NCBI GenBank assembly: GCA_965220085.1
Contig: CBDCOZ010000003.1
Coordinates: 1,504,001 to 1,568,000, forward strand
Reading direction: 5' to 3'
Length of the DNA: 64,000 bases
DNA from: Candidatus Oxydemutatoraceae bacterium
GTDB lineage: Bacteria; Pseudomonadota; Gammaproteobacteria; Poriferisulfidales; Oxydemutatoraceae
The notes beneath the pieces are model-generated. The model had not been told where the DNA came from. It saw only the letters and a list, made by a program, of their open reading frames with translations, and searched no databases. The translations under genes and the position numbers were made by a program. Below are positions 12,402 through 20,697 of this stretch, piece by piece; the stretch's first letter is position 1; each line of letters opens with the position of its first letter.

Positions 12402-14381
12402 CTATCGCAGCGGGCCTTCCAGGAAGATGCGCAACCGCAGGCGCAACCCCGTCAGATTGATGGACATGTGGCGGTTTCCGCTGGACCGGCTGCCATCGCT
12501 TACAGAGAATATGAAGCTGGCATAGTTGGCGGTGGGGGCGGTGCCCGCCGGGGGATACCAGGTGAGGCCGCCCAGATTGTCGGCGGGCACTCTGATTCCG
12601 CCGACCACTGGGTCGCCGCCGTAGCGGAATGTGCCTGCTTTTGTGGTGGTGGCTATGCCGATTTGGTCCAGGGCCGCGCCCTCATCCTGGTCCATGAATG
12701 GGAAGTCGGAGATCTTGAAGATGTATGGATTATCGGCATCTGCCGAGATGGGCACATCCACCGAGGTATCGGTGCTGGTGGGCGCATCATTGGCATTGGT
12801 CACCTGCTCCCCGGCGGAGCACAGGGTGGGGGCGGCGATGGTGCCGCCCTCGGATGCCGGGGTGGCATGGCTGTCCATAAAGAATACGCAGACCCTTATG
12901 TACATGCCCACCTGGGGTTGGTCGGGGACGAATACGGCATCATCGGCCGCGTCTATGGGCGCATAGTCGGCGGCGGCCGGGGTGCCGCTGGCGGGGGCGG
13001 CGGCCTGGTACCATTGCCAGCGTTCGGTGTCGGTGTTTATGCCGTTGGGTTCGGTTATGCCCATGGTGCTGGCGCGCAGCTCTTCATCCTCGTCGTAGGC
13101 GGTGCCGGTCAGGGAGATCACTGAGGGGCTGCCGGTGGCGGCGGCCTGGGTTGCGCCCAGCAGGTCTATGGTGAGGGTGGATGCGTCCACCGCGGTGTTG
13201 GCGGCTCCGGTGCTGTCATCGCGCACTCTGTAGGTGAAGCTGTCGTAGGCATTGCCGGGGGTGGCACCAGTGGCGGGATAGTATGCCAGGGCATTCAGCT
13301 GGGTCAGGCTCAGCTGGGTGTTTGCGGCTATGGTGACGCTGGAATCGCCCGCCACCACCAGGGTGCCGCCGGTCGGCGGGCTGGCGATGGTGATTCCGTC
13401 CAGGCTGTCGCCGTCATCGTCCATGAATGGGAAGTCGCCGCTTGCAAAATCATGCGGGCTGGCAGCGGTGGCGGTGGTGGACACCGTCACAGTGGAATCG
13501 TCGCCGATGGGGGCATCGGCAACCTCGGCGATGATGGTGCTGGTGGAGCACAGGGGGCCTTCGCTGGTGGGGGTGGAGAACATGTCCATAAAGCTGGCGC
13601 AGACGCGGATATATTGGCCGACATGGGCCTGCAGGGGAGTGAATGTGTTGTCGGTGGCCCCGGCTATGGCGGCAAAGGTGCCGCCGCTGGTGGCGGATTG
13701 CTGCCACTGCCACATCAGGGTGGCGGTGTTTATGACATTGGGTTCGTTGATGCCTGCGGTGCTGGCGGTCAGCTCCACATCCTCGTTGTGTGCCGTGCCG
13801 CTGCCCGCTGCGGCGACAGTGGGCGCGCCGCTGGCGGTGGTTGCCGGCGCCGCCACCAGCCTGATGCTGAGGGTGCCGCCACTGGCAGACTTCTCGCCGC
13901 CAGCGGTCACACTGTATACAAAGTTAGCGTAGGGTTGCGCGGGCGGGGATGGGGATTGGCCCGCTGCCGGATAGTAGGTTATGGTGCCGATGTCGGCCAG
14001 TGCCACATCCATCATGGATGAGGCGGAGATGACGGTGGAGCCCACCCTCAGCGTGCCGATCAGAGTGCCACGTTCCAGATGCACTATTTCCAGCGCATCG
14101 TCATCGGCATCTTCGAATGCAAAATCAGCCGCCTTGAAAGTGTACGGAAATTCTGCGGTGGCACCGGTGAATACCTCTACGGTAGCGCCACTGGGCGCCG
14201 GCTTGGCCTGGGCGACCGGACCCCCTGCGGGTGCTGAGTCGCTATGCGGTTGCACCGGTGCGTGACCGCAGAGCACAAACAGGGCGAGCAGGGCTGGCGG
14301 CCAGAGGCTGCGCCTGCTCAACCGTCGCCCAGAGGTCCCGGGAGGGACATCGCAGATAGCGGGGGATATGCGGATATTCAT
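12402..14381 (-). CDS. Secreted modular adhesin-like protein (3 cadherin-like + 2 Ig-like domains) with FLEGPLR tail
   Basis: Signal peptide RRSLWPPALLALFVLCG; alternating domains; ends GLRLRLRIFLEGPLR. Confidence 0.87.
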   Translation of the reverse strand: MNIRISPAICDVPPGTSGRRLSRRSLWPPALLALFVLCGHAPVQPHSDSAPAGGPVAQAKPAPSGATVEVFTGATAEFPYTFKAADFAFEDADDDALEIVHLERGTLIGTLRVGSTVISASSMMDVALADIGTITYYPAAGQSPSPPAQPYANFVYSVTAGGEKSASGGTLSIRLVAAPATTASGAPTVAAAGSGTAHNEDVELTASTAGINEPNVINTATLMWQWQQSATSGGTFAAIAGATDNTFTPLQAHVGQYIRVCASFMDMFSTPTSEGPLCSTSTIIAEVADAPIGDDSTVTVSTTATAASPHDFASGDFPFMDDDGDSLDGITIASPPTGGTLVVAGDSSVTIAANTQLSLTQLNALAYYPATGATPGNAYDSFTYRVRDDSTGAANTAVDASTLTIDLLGATQAAATGSPSVISLTGTAYDEDEELRASTMGITEPNGINTDTERWQWYQAAAPASGTPAAADYAPIDAADDAVFVPDQPQVGMYIRVCVFFMDSHATPASEGGTIAAPTLCSAGEQVTNANDAPTSTDTSVDVPISADADNPYIFKISDFPFMDQDEGAALDQIGIATTTKAGTFRYGGDPVVGGIRVPADNLGGLTWYPPAGTAPTANYASFIFSVSDGSRSSGNRHMSINLTGLRLRLRIFLEGPLR

Positions 14382-14431
14382 TGAATTACTCCATGGGTTG
14401 ATGAACAGGTTTGTGCGCCGGGCTTTTCGCT

Positions 14432-14462
14432 ATTCTACCACAGACGCGGAATCATTTTGCAA
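14432..14462 (-). promoter_or_regulatory. Putative promoter (extended -10 TGGTAGAAT, TTGCAA upstream)
   Basis: Motif match ~50 nt upstream of ATG 14381. Confidence 0.4.
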
Positions 14463-14481
14463 GTGACCGGGCCCGGGCAGG

Positions 14482-14511
14482 CAAAAAAGGACCCGGCGCA
14501 GACCACCGGGC
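14482..14511 (-). terminator. Putative intrinsic terminator
   Basis: CCCGGTG-gtctg-CGCCGGG followed by TCCTTTTTT on the minus strand. Confidence 0.45.
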
Positions 14512-14750
14512 TTTCGCTCAAAGAGATCGGACTGCCATCGCAGGCGGGCCCGCAGGCGCAGGTCGCTCTGCGAGGCCTGCAGGCTGAATTTGCGGGTGTT
14601 GCGTTACCAGTGCGGCTGTGCCATTGAGGGCGGCCGCCGAGGCTGTCGCAGTTGCTGCCCAGAGAGGCGGTTATGCCGCTCCGCCGGTCTGGTTGGGCCT
14701 GGCGGCTATGTCCGGGCTCAGGACTGTCACGCTTGTGGGTGTCGCTTATC

Positions 14751-14858
14751 TGGCGGGCGGCGCCTGCTATCGCAACGGCCCTTCCAAGAAGATGCGCAAG
14801 CGCAGGAGCAGATGCTCCGCCAGATTGATCGTGATGGCGGCGGCGGCGGCAGAGGTTT
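14751..14858 (-). pseudogene. Orphan 3' fragment of a FLEGPLR-tail gene; direct repeat of 18624-18731
   Basis: Encodes TSAAAAAITINLAEHLLLRLRIFLEGPLR-stop (stop 14767-14769); first 76 bp identical to 18624-18699. Confidence 0.85.
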
Positions 14859-15337
14859 ACGCGCAAAGGGAAAGTTTGGCAGCGATTGCGATATTTGTTA
14901 ATTTTCGCCTTGCGCCGATGACGGCGCCGCTACTGTCGCTGATTGGGCGGCGGCATTAGTTTTGCTTTGCCATTTCATCGCGATAACGGGATGGGTTTGC
15001 ATGATGCGCGCCAAGGCGGACATTCCGCCGGCGCATTGGTTTGCGTATTTTGCTCGGCTGGGCTTCGGACTGATTGCGCTTGCGACCTTGGCGACGACAG
15101 CGGGGCATTTTGCGGCGGACGCTTTGCCGCCTTTTGCGGTGACGTGTTTGCTGTTTTTGAGTCCGTCTTATTTTTTGCGCATGGTGACGCGGGATGACAA
15201 AGCGGGAGTCGGTTTTGCGGAAGGATTCTTCGGGGATTAAAACTCTCGTTCCGCGCGGGCTGGCGCGGACGAAATGGGAAACGCACGGGAGCATTAATTT
15301 TGCATTTTTTACGGAGAGGCACAGACTCCGGGATACT

Positions 15338-15346
15338 TGTTATAAT
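15338..15346 (+). promoter_or_regulatory. Extended -10 promoter (TGTTATAAT) 9 nt before ATG; near-leaderless transcript
   Basis: TATAAT at 15341-15346, ATG at 15356, no Shine-Dalgarno between them. Confidence 0.55.
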
Positions 15347-15355
15347 ATCCCCGTC

Positions 15356-16606
15356 ATGAACACCCTTGCATTTGAATCCGCCCCATCCGTCGCCGCCGCC
15401 CTTTTTGGGGAACGGGCGGCGCTGTTGCCGTCGGTGACCGAAGTTTTTGAGTTGGAGCTTGCCTTGCTGGAGCTTGGTCAACTCGCGCCCCGCGAAGCCA
15501 TTGAGCGCGGAGCGTATTTTATGAAAATCGGCGGCAAGCCCACCCGCCATTTTTCCATGTGCGCCGCCAATGGGGTCGCCCGCAAGGGACAATCCGCCAT
15601 GACGCGGGATTACTTTGAGGCGGGGCGGTTTTCCACCGGATACTCCACCCATTCGCTGTTCCCCTATCGGGGAAAGTTCCACCCGCAATTGGCGAAAGCG
15701 CTGATTAACATTATCGGCATCCGCCCGGGGCATCTCCTGCTGGATCCGATGTGCGGGAGCGGCACCGCCAATCTGGAGGCGGCGCTGTTGGGAATCAATT
15801 CGGTGGCGGCGGACAAAAGTCCGTTTTGCCGCTTGATGACCCGCGTTAAGCGCGAGTCACTCGACATTGGGCGCAAGGATGTTGAATCTCTGCCCGCCCG
15901 GGCGGACGAATTGTTCGCCTTTTTTGGCGAGCAAGGTGTCGCTCAAAAATATTCCGAAGTTCGCGACGAGAAAAAGGGGCGCATTTTTGGACTGTCGATG
16001 CTCGCGTAGTTGGACGCGATGGGCTATGCGGAGCGGGTGAAAAAATCCGGACATCGCGAGTTGTTCGCCAAGGTGTTGGCGCGATACGCGGCCACCGTCG
16101 AGCGGGCGTTGGATTTTTTGCCAAAGAGCGGGCTGGGGAATGTGGACATCCCCGAAAACGGCGATGTTCTGGACATACCGCTGCCGGACAAAAGCGCGGA
16201 CGGAATCATCACCTCTCCGCCCTACTCTTTCGCCATTGACTACGCCGCGAACGATTCGCCGCAACTCTCCTACTTGGGGTGCGACATCGCCGCTCTGCGC
16301 GAGGAAATGATCGGGTTGCGCGGGCGCGGCAAAGCGGCGCGGCTGGAAAATTACTTTGCCGACATGAACCGCGCCTGCGCGGAAATGGGGCGGGTTTTGA
16401 AGCGCGGGAAGCACTGCGTCATTGTCATCGGCTCCAACACCAATCAAACCGGCGGCATTCGACTGGAGGGCAAGGTGATAGAGGGGTGCGAAGCGGCAGG
16501 GATGAACTTGATACGAACCGTGCTGAAACCCATCAAGGGCATGCGCAACACGATGAGCGAAGAGCATATCCTCTTCTTTCGCAAGAACGGGGGAAAACGG
16601 CAATGA
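15356..16606 (+). pseudogene. DNA methyltransferase (probable N4-cytosine, SPPY) with an in-frame amber stop
   Basis: PYRGKFHPQL, LLDPMCGSGT (motif I) and ITSPPY (motif IV); both halves in the same frame, separated by TAG at 16007-16009. Confidence 0.82.
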
Positions 16607-17605
16607 CCGCCCCCCTGTTGACCGCCGAGGAAAAGTGCGCCCGGGTGTTCGCAAAGAACACCTATTACTTTTTCGACTCCGACGAGCAGGATTCGCACGA
16701 GGGACACATTCACGCTCTGCGGGAGATTTTGACGGGACTGAAAGCCCGGGTCGAATCCTGCCGCGACGAAGAAGGCAAGAAGCGGGCGTTTGACGACATG
16801 CTGGCGGAGCGGGAACATGGGTTGCGCGCCCTGCTGGCGTTGACCGGCTTTTCCAACGAATCCCTGCGCCGGATTGTCACGCTGGCGCGCATTCGGGACG
16901 ACAGGGAATTTGACCGGATAGTGAATAAGAGCGAATGGCTTGGGCCCGGCGACAAGTTTGGCGCAAATGGAAAGGAGTGGAAGGATGCGAAAATTGCCGG
17001 GCTCATCCGGAAAAATCCCGCATTCCGGAGGGGCATTGTCAATTTGTTTTTTGAGGGCGCATCGGTGCCGTTCTTGGCGCGGACGCTGCCGCCCTTTGAG
17101 TTGCGGAAATTTTCGCTGGGCAAGTTGAATTTCGATCCCGCCGAGATGCTGGACACGCTGGTCCGTTACAAGGAAAAAGGGCCGCATGCCGCCAAGGGCG
17201 GCAACAATGCGGAAACCGCGATTGCCCTGCGTCATAGAGGCGCGGGGACTCCCCTGCGAAAGGGGGGACTTGCCCAAATTGGCGGAGTTTGAACCCTCGG
17301 CGAAGCGGACGATGGACTTCATCATTCCCGACAAAAACAATCCGAAGGTCGTCATTGAATGCTCCTACCTGACCACCACTTCGTCCGGACAAGGAGACAA
17401 GGCGAAAACCGAACTGGCGATTCGGGAGTTGCTGGCGCGACACTACCCCGCTTGCAAGTTTGTGGGGTTTCTGGACGGAATCGGCTGGATGGTTCGCCGC
17501 TCCGATTTGAAGCGCATGGTTGGCGCTTTTGACGATGTGTTCACCCTGCGCAAGGACGAGTTGACGCGCTTCGCCGCCCTGCTGGACAAGATTGGGGGCA
17601 AATGA
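16603..17605 (+). pseudogene. DpnII-like type II restriction endonuclease, frameshifted
   Basis: MDFIIP...IECSY...TTSSGQGDK...GFLDGIGW; ATGA overlaps at both ends; one extra C at ~17225-17227 separates the halves. Confidence 0.75.
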
Positions 17606-18597
17606 CAATGTCCGCCAAATTGATACAGGAGGGGATCCGCGAGGGCGACTGCTTGGCGGGGATGTCGCGCCTGCCGGACTCGTGCGCGGACATGGCGTTC
17701 GCCGATCCGCCGTTCAACCTGCGGAAGAAATACAAGGCGCACAAGGACCGAATGGAGATGGACGACTACCTCCGCTGGTGCGAGGAGTGGCTACGCGAAA
17801 TGGTTCGCGTTGTGAAGCCCGGCGGGGCGATTTTCGTCCACAACATTCCCAAGTGGCTGACTTTCTACGCCGCGATTCTGAATCGCCTGGCGGTTTTCAA
17901 GCACTGGATCGCCTGGGACGCGCCCACCTCCCCGATGGGGAAATCGCTGCTGCCGTCGCATTACGGCGTGCTGTATTACATCAAGGACGGCGAGCGCGCC
18001 AAGTTCCGCGACACGCGCTTTCCGCATCCGCGCTGCCGCCGTTGCGGAGGGCTGCTGAAAGATTACGGCGGAAAAAAAGACGGGCTACATCCGTTTGGCC
18101 CGCTGGTTTCGGATGTGTGGACCGACCTGCATCGCATTCGCCACAGCCGCCATCGGGACGACCATCCGTGCCAATTGCCGGTGCCGTTGCTAGAGCGGCT
18201 GGCGCTGATGAGCACGGACGAGGGCGACCTGATTCTGGACCCGTTTATGGGAACGGGAACAACGGCGATTGCGGCGGCGCGTCTGGGGCGTCGGCATTTG
18301 GGGTTTGAACTGTCGCCGGAATACGCCGAGATTGCGCGCGACAAAGTTGACCGCATTTCGGCAAATTCGCGGCTGGGCGACGCTTGGGTTTCTTTTCACC
18401 TGAACCAGCCGGTCACCATTCGCGACGCCGATTGGGAGAGCATCGCGCCCTTTTTCATCATTCCGGAGCCGCGGCGGGAAATTGACCGCGTCAAAATTCA
18501 ATTGCGCGGAAAGTTTGACGCAACAGCGGCTTGCGAGTGCAAACAGGGATATTCGCAGCCCTCTCTGGTGCCAATAGCGGCAAAAGCGGGCGGATAG
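17602..18597 (+). CDS. Beta-class N6/N4 DNA methyltransferase
   Basis: FADPPFN (motif IV) precedes HPCQLP and LDPFMGTGTT (motif I); intact. Confidence 0.9.
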   Translation: MTMSAKLIQEGIREGDCLAGMSRLPDSCADMAFADPPFNLRKKYKAHKDRMEMDDYLRWCEEWLREMVRVVKPGGAIFVHNIPKWLTFYAAILNRLAVFKHWIAWDAPTSPMGKSLLPSHYGVLYYIKDGERAKFRDTRFPHPRCRRCGGLLKDYGGKKDGLHPFGPLVSDVWTDLHRIRHSRHRDDHPCQLPVPLLERLALMSTDEGDLILDPFMGTGTTAIAAARLGRRHLGFELSPEYAEIARDKVDRISANSRLGDAWVSFHLNQPVTIRDADWESIAPFFIIPEPRREIDRVKIQLRGKFDATAACECKQGYSQPSLVPIAAKAGG

Positions 18598-18639
18598 GCC
18601 GTCTCCCGCTCTTCCCCAAGGCGTGGCGGGCGGCGCCTG

Positions 18640-20232
18640 CTATCGCAACGGCCCTTCCAAGAAGATGCGCAAGCGCAGGAGCAGATGCTCCGCCAGATTT
18701 ATCGTGATGGTGGCAGCGGTGGCGGAAGTTTTGTTGCCGCTGCCATCGCTGCCATCGTCGGTTACCTTGAAGGCGAAGGCGGCGTAACCGGGCTGGGCAC
18801 TCTGCTCGGCCGCCGGCCAGTAGGCGATGGCGCCGATGTTGGCGGCGGTCACGATCCGACCGACAGTGGCGTCAGCGCCATCCACTTGCAAGGTGCCGGC
18901 GCCCGGCAGGCTGGCAATCTCCACACTGACCAGATTGTCGTCGTCCTCATCGGCAAAGGGAAAGTCGGCGGCGGTGAATCTGTAAGGCTCGCTCATGGTG
19001 GCATCCGCCGACACATTTATCGCGCGGTTTTGGGCCCGAGGCGCATCGTTTACGTTGCGCACCCGGGCGGCGGCGGAGCACAGATCCTCCACAGTCTCTG
19101 GGGTCTCGTGGAGATCCTTAAAACTGATGCAGACCCGGATGTACAGTCCCACATGCGCCTGCAGGGGGGTGAATAGTACCCCGGTCGCGCCGTTTATGTC
19201 GGCAAAAGCGCCATCGCTGGCGGGGGATGACTGCCATTGCCACCTCAGAGTGCTGTTGTCTATTCCATTGGGTTCGGTGATGCCATCGGTGCTGGCGGTC
19301 AACTCGGCATCCTCAGCGTAGGTCGGGTTGTCCGCGGTGGTAGCCGGGATTATTGAGGGTCTGCCAGTGGCGGCGGTCTGGTCCGGCGATGTCAGAGTGA
19401 TCCTGAGGTCGGCACCAACGCTGGTTTTATTGTCAGTGCCATCGTCGCCATCATCCACCACTCTGGCCTGGAATGATGCTGTGAATGGTGATCTTCTCTG
19501 GGCTGGCGGTGGCGGATAATAGGTCAGGGCACCGGCGGCCAGTTGGACCACGGTTATGGTTCTTGTGGGCGTGTTGCTCTGGGTCAGGTCTGTGTCATCC
19601 AGGGTCATGATGCCACTGGAGGGCTGGCTGTGTATGATGACACCGGCCAGCATATCGCCATCGGCATCGGTGAACGGAAAGTCGGATGCCCGCAACGGAT
19701 GCGGGTTGTCGGCATCGGCGTTTGCATTTACCGTAACAGTGGCATTTTGTGACACCGGCTTGTCATTGACATTGGCCACAGCGGTGGCTATCTGCAGGCA
19801 TCGCTGCTCGGCATTGCTGGCGGTGTCGGTGAAAGACGCGCAGACCTGCAGAAACTTGCCCACCTCGTCATCGCCCGGAGTGAATGCGGCATTGGTCGCC
19901 ATGGCGATGGCGGCGTAGGCGCCGCCATTGGTGTCGGCCGCGCTCCACTGCCAACTGAATGTGCCCAAGCCATCGGTGTCGGCTATGGCGGTGGAACCGT
20001 TGCCGCCGTTGGCGGTGATGGCGGAGTCCTCAGTGGGAACCATTATTCCGCTGGCGTAGGCCACCGCTGGCATGCCGGTGGCCGGGCTGTTGGTCTGCGC
20101 CTGCACCTGACCGCAGAGCGCAAACAGGAGCGGCAGAATAAGCGACCAGAAGCTATGCCGGGTTACCCTTGCCCGACAATGCGGGGTAGGGGGGGGGGGG
20201 GGGGTATCGATATTAAGTATTTTGTGATTCAT
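18640..20232 (-). CDS. Secreted modular adhesin-like protein (2 Ig-like + 2 cadherin-like) with FLEGPLR tail; poly-C tract in frame
   Basis: RBS GAGGAGGAG, ATG 20232 MNHKILNIDTPPPPPTPHC, signal peptide; ends LLRLRIFLEGPLR. Confidence 0.87.
   Translation of the reverse strand: MNHKILNIDTPPPPPTPHCRARVTRHSFWSLILPLLFALCGQVQAQTNSPATGMPAVAYASGIMVPTEDSAITANGGNGSTAIADTDGLGTFSWQWSAADTNGGAYAAIAMATNAAFTPGDDEVGKFLQVCASFTDTASNAEQRCLQIATAVANVNDKPVSQNATVTVNANADADNPHPLRASDFPFTDADGDMLAGVIIHSQPSSGIMTLDDTDLTQSNTPTRTITVVQLAAGALTYYPPPPAQRRSPFTASFQARVVDDGDDGTDNKTSVGADLRITLTSPDQTAATGRPSIIPATTADNPTYAEDAELTASTDGITEPNGIDNSTLRWQWQSSPASDGAFADINGATGVLFTPLQAHVGLYIRVCISFKDLHETPETVEDLCSAAARVRNVNDAPRAQNRAINVSADATMSEPYRFTAADFPFADEDDDNLVSVEIASLPGAGTLQVDGADATVGRIVTAANIGAIAYWPAAEQSAQPGYAAFAFKVTDDGSDGSGNKTSATAATITINLAEHLLLRLRIFLEGPLR
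20189..20204. repeat. G16 homopolymer, candidate phase-variation tract (ON)
   Basis: 16 G; reading frame continuous. Confidence 0.85.
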
Positions 20233-20272
20233 GAGTCTCCTCCTCATAGTAAAATCTTATATAAGAGCTATT

Positions 20273-20406
20273 TAAGTCTCCTGTTAAGCCTCCTGCTAAG
20301 TATCTTGTTAGGTCTCCTGCAAAGTATCCGTACGAAGCATCCTATTAAGCATCCTGCTAAGTATCTTAATTAAGTATCCTGTTAAGTCTCCTGTTAAGTA
20401 TTCGTG
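20273..20406 (-). repeat. ~11 x 12-bp degenerate tandem repeat in putative 5' UTR
   Basis: Units taagtctcctgt, taagcctcctgc, taagtatcttgt, taggtctcctgc and others; 8 carry GGA on the mRNA strand. Confidence 0.82.
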
Positions 20407-20444
20407 TGAAGCCTGCATTATACAGAATATCTCTCCGAGCGCAA
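20398..20444 (-). promoter_or_regulatory. Putative sigma70 promoter, identical to 8997-9043
   Basis: TATAAT at 20417-20422 (minus strand), TTGCGC at 20439-20444. Confidence 0.65.
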
Positions 20445-20560
20445 GTCGCACTTGCGCCCGTCATCGTCCCCCGCTGTGGTGCGCCTACGGGAATCGCGCG
20501 AGGGGCGTACCAGAGTAACTGCCGCCCTGCCCGCCATGCTACCCGCCAGACTGCCCCTGC
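20439..20560. repeat. Conserved palindromic intergenic module, copy 4 (diverged)
   Basis: gcgcaagt-cgc-acttgcgc hairpin, ccgtcatcgtcccccg, and gagtaactgccgccctgcccgcca. Confidence 0.7.
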
Positions 20561-20697
20561 TCTGGCGCGGGGCACTCGCACTATGCTTGTCTGTCGCAGC
20601 CGCAGCCGCGGAACCGGCACGGTCAATTCCCGCTTGTGCGGAAGGGCGCATATAATAGCGTTTTCCGCAGAGCGGAGTATGTGTTAAGCGGGTAATC

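Noticed and set aside
14751-14858. Diversity-generating retroelement template/variable repeat pair with 18624-18731
   Set aside because: No reverse transcriptase in the window, and the mismatches are not confined to adenines of one copy.
14435-15300. Short ORFs or a riboswitch between the adhesin and the RM genes
   Set aside because: No recognisable protein motif or convincing riboswitch consensus.
16007-16009. Amber recoding or readthrough (all FLEGPLR genes also end in TAG)
   Set aside because: parC, the HAD gene and leuS end normally at TAG, and sequence after the FLEGPLR stops shows no conserved coding extension.
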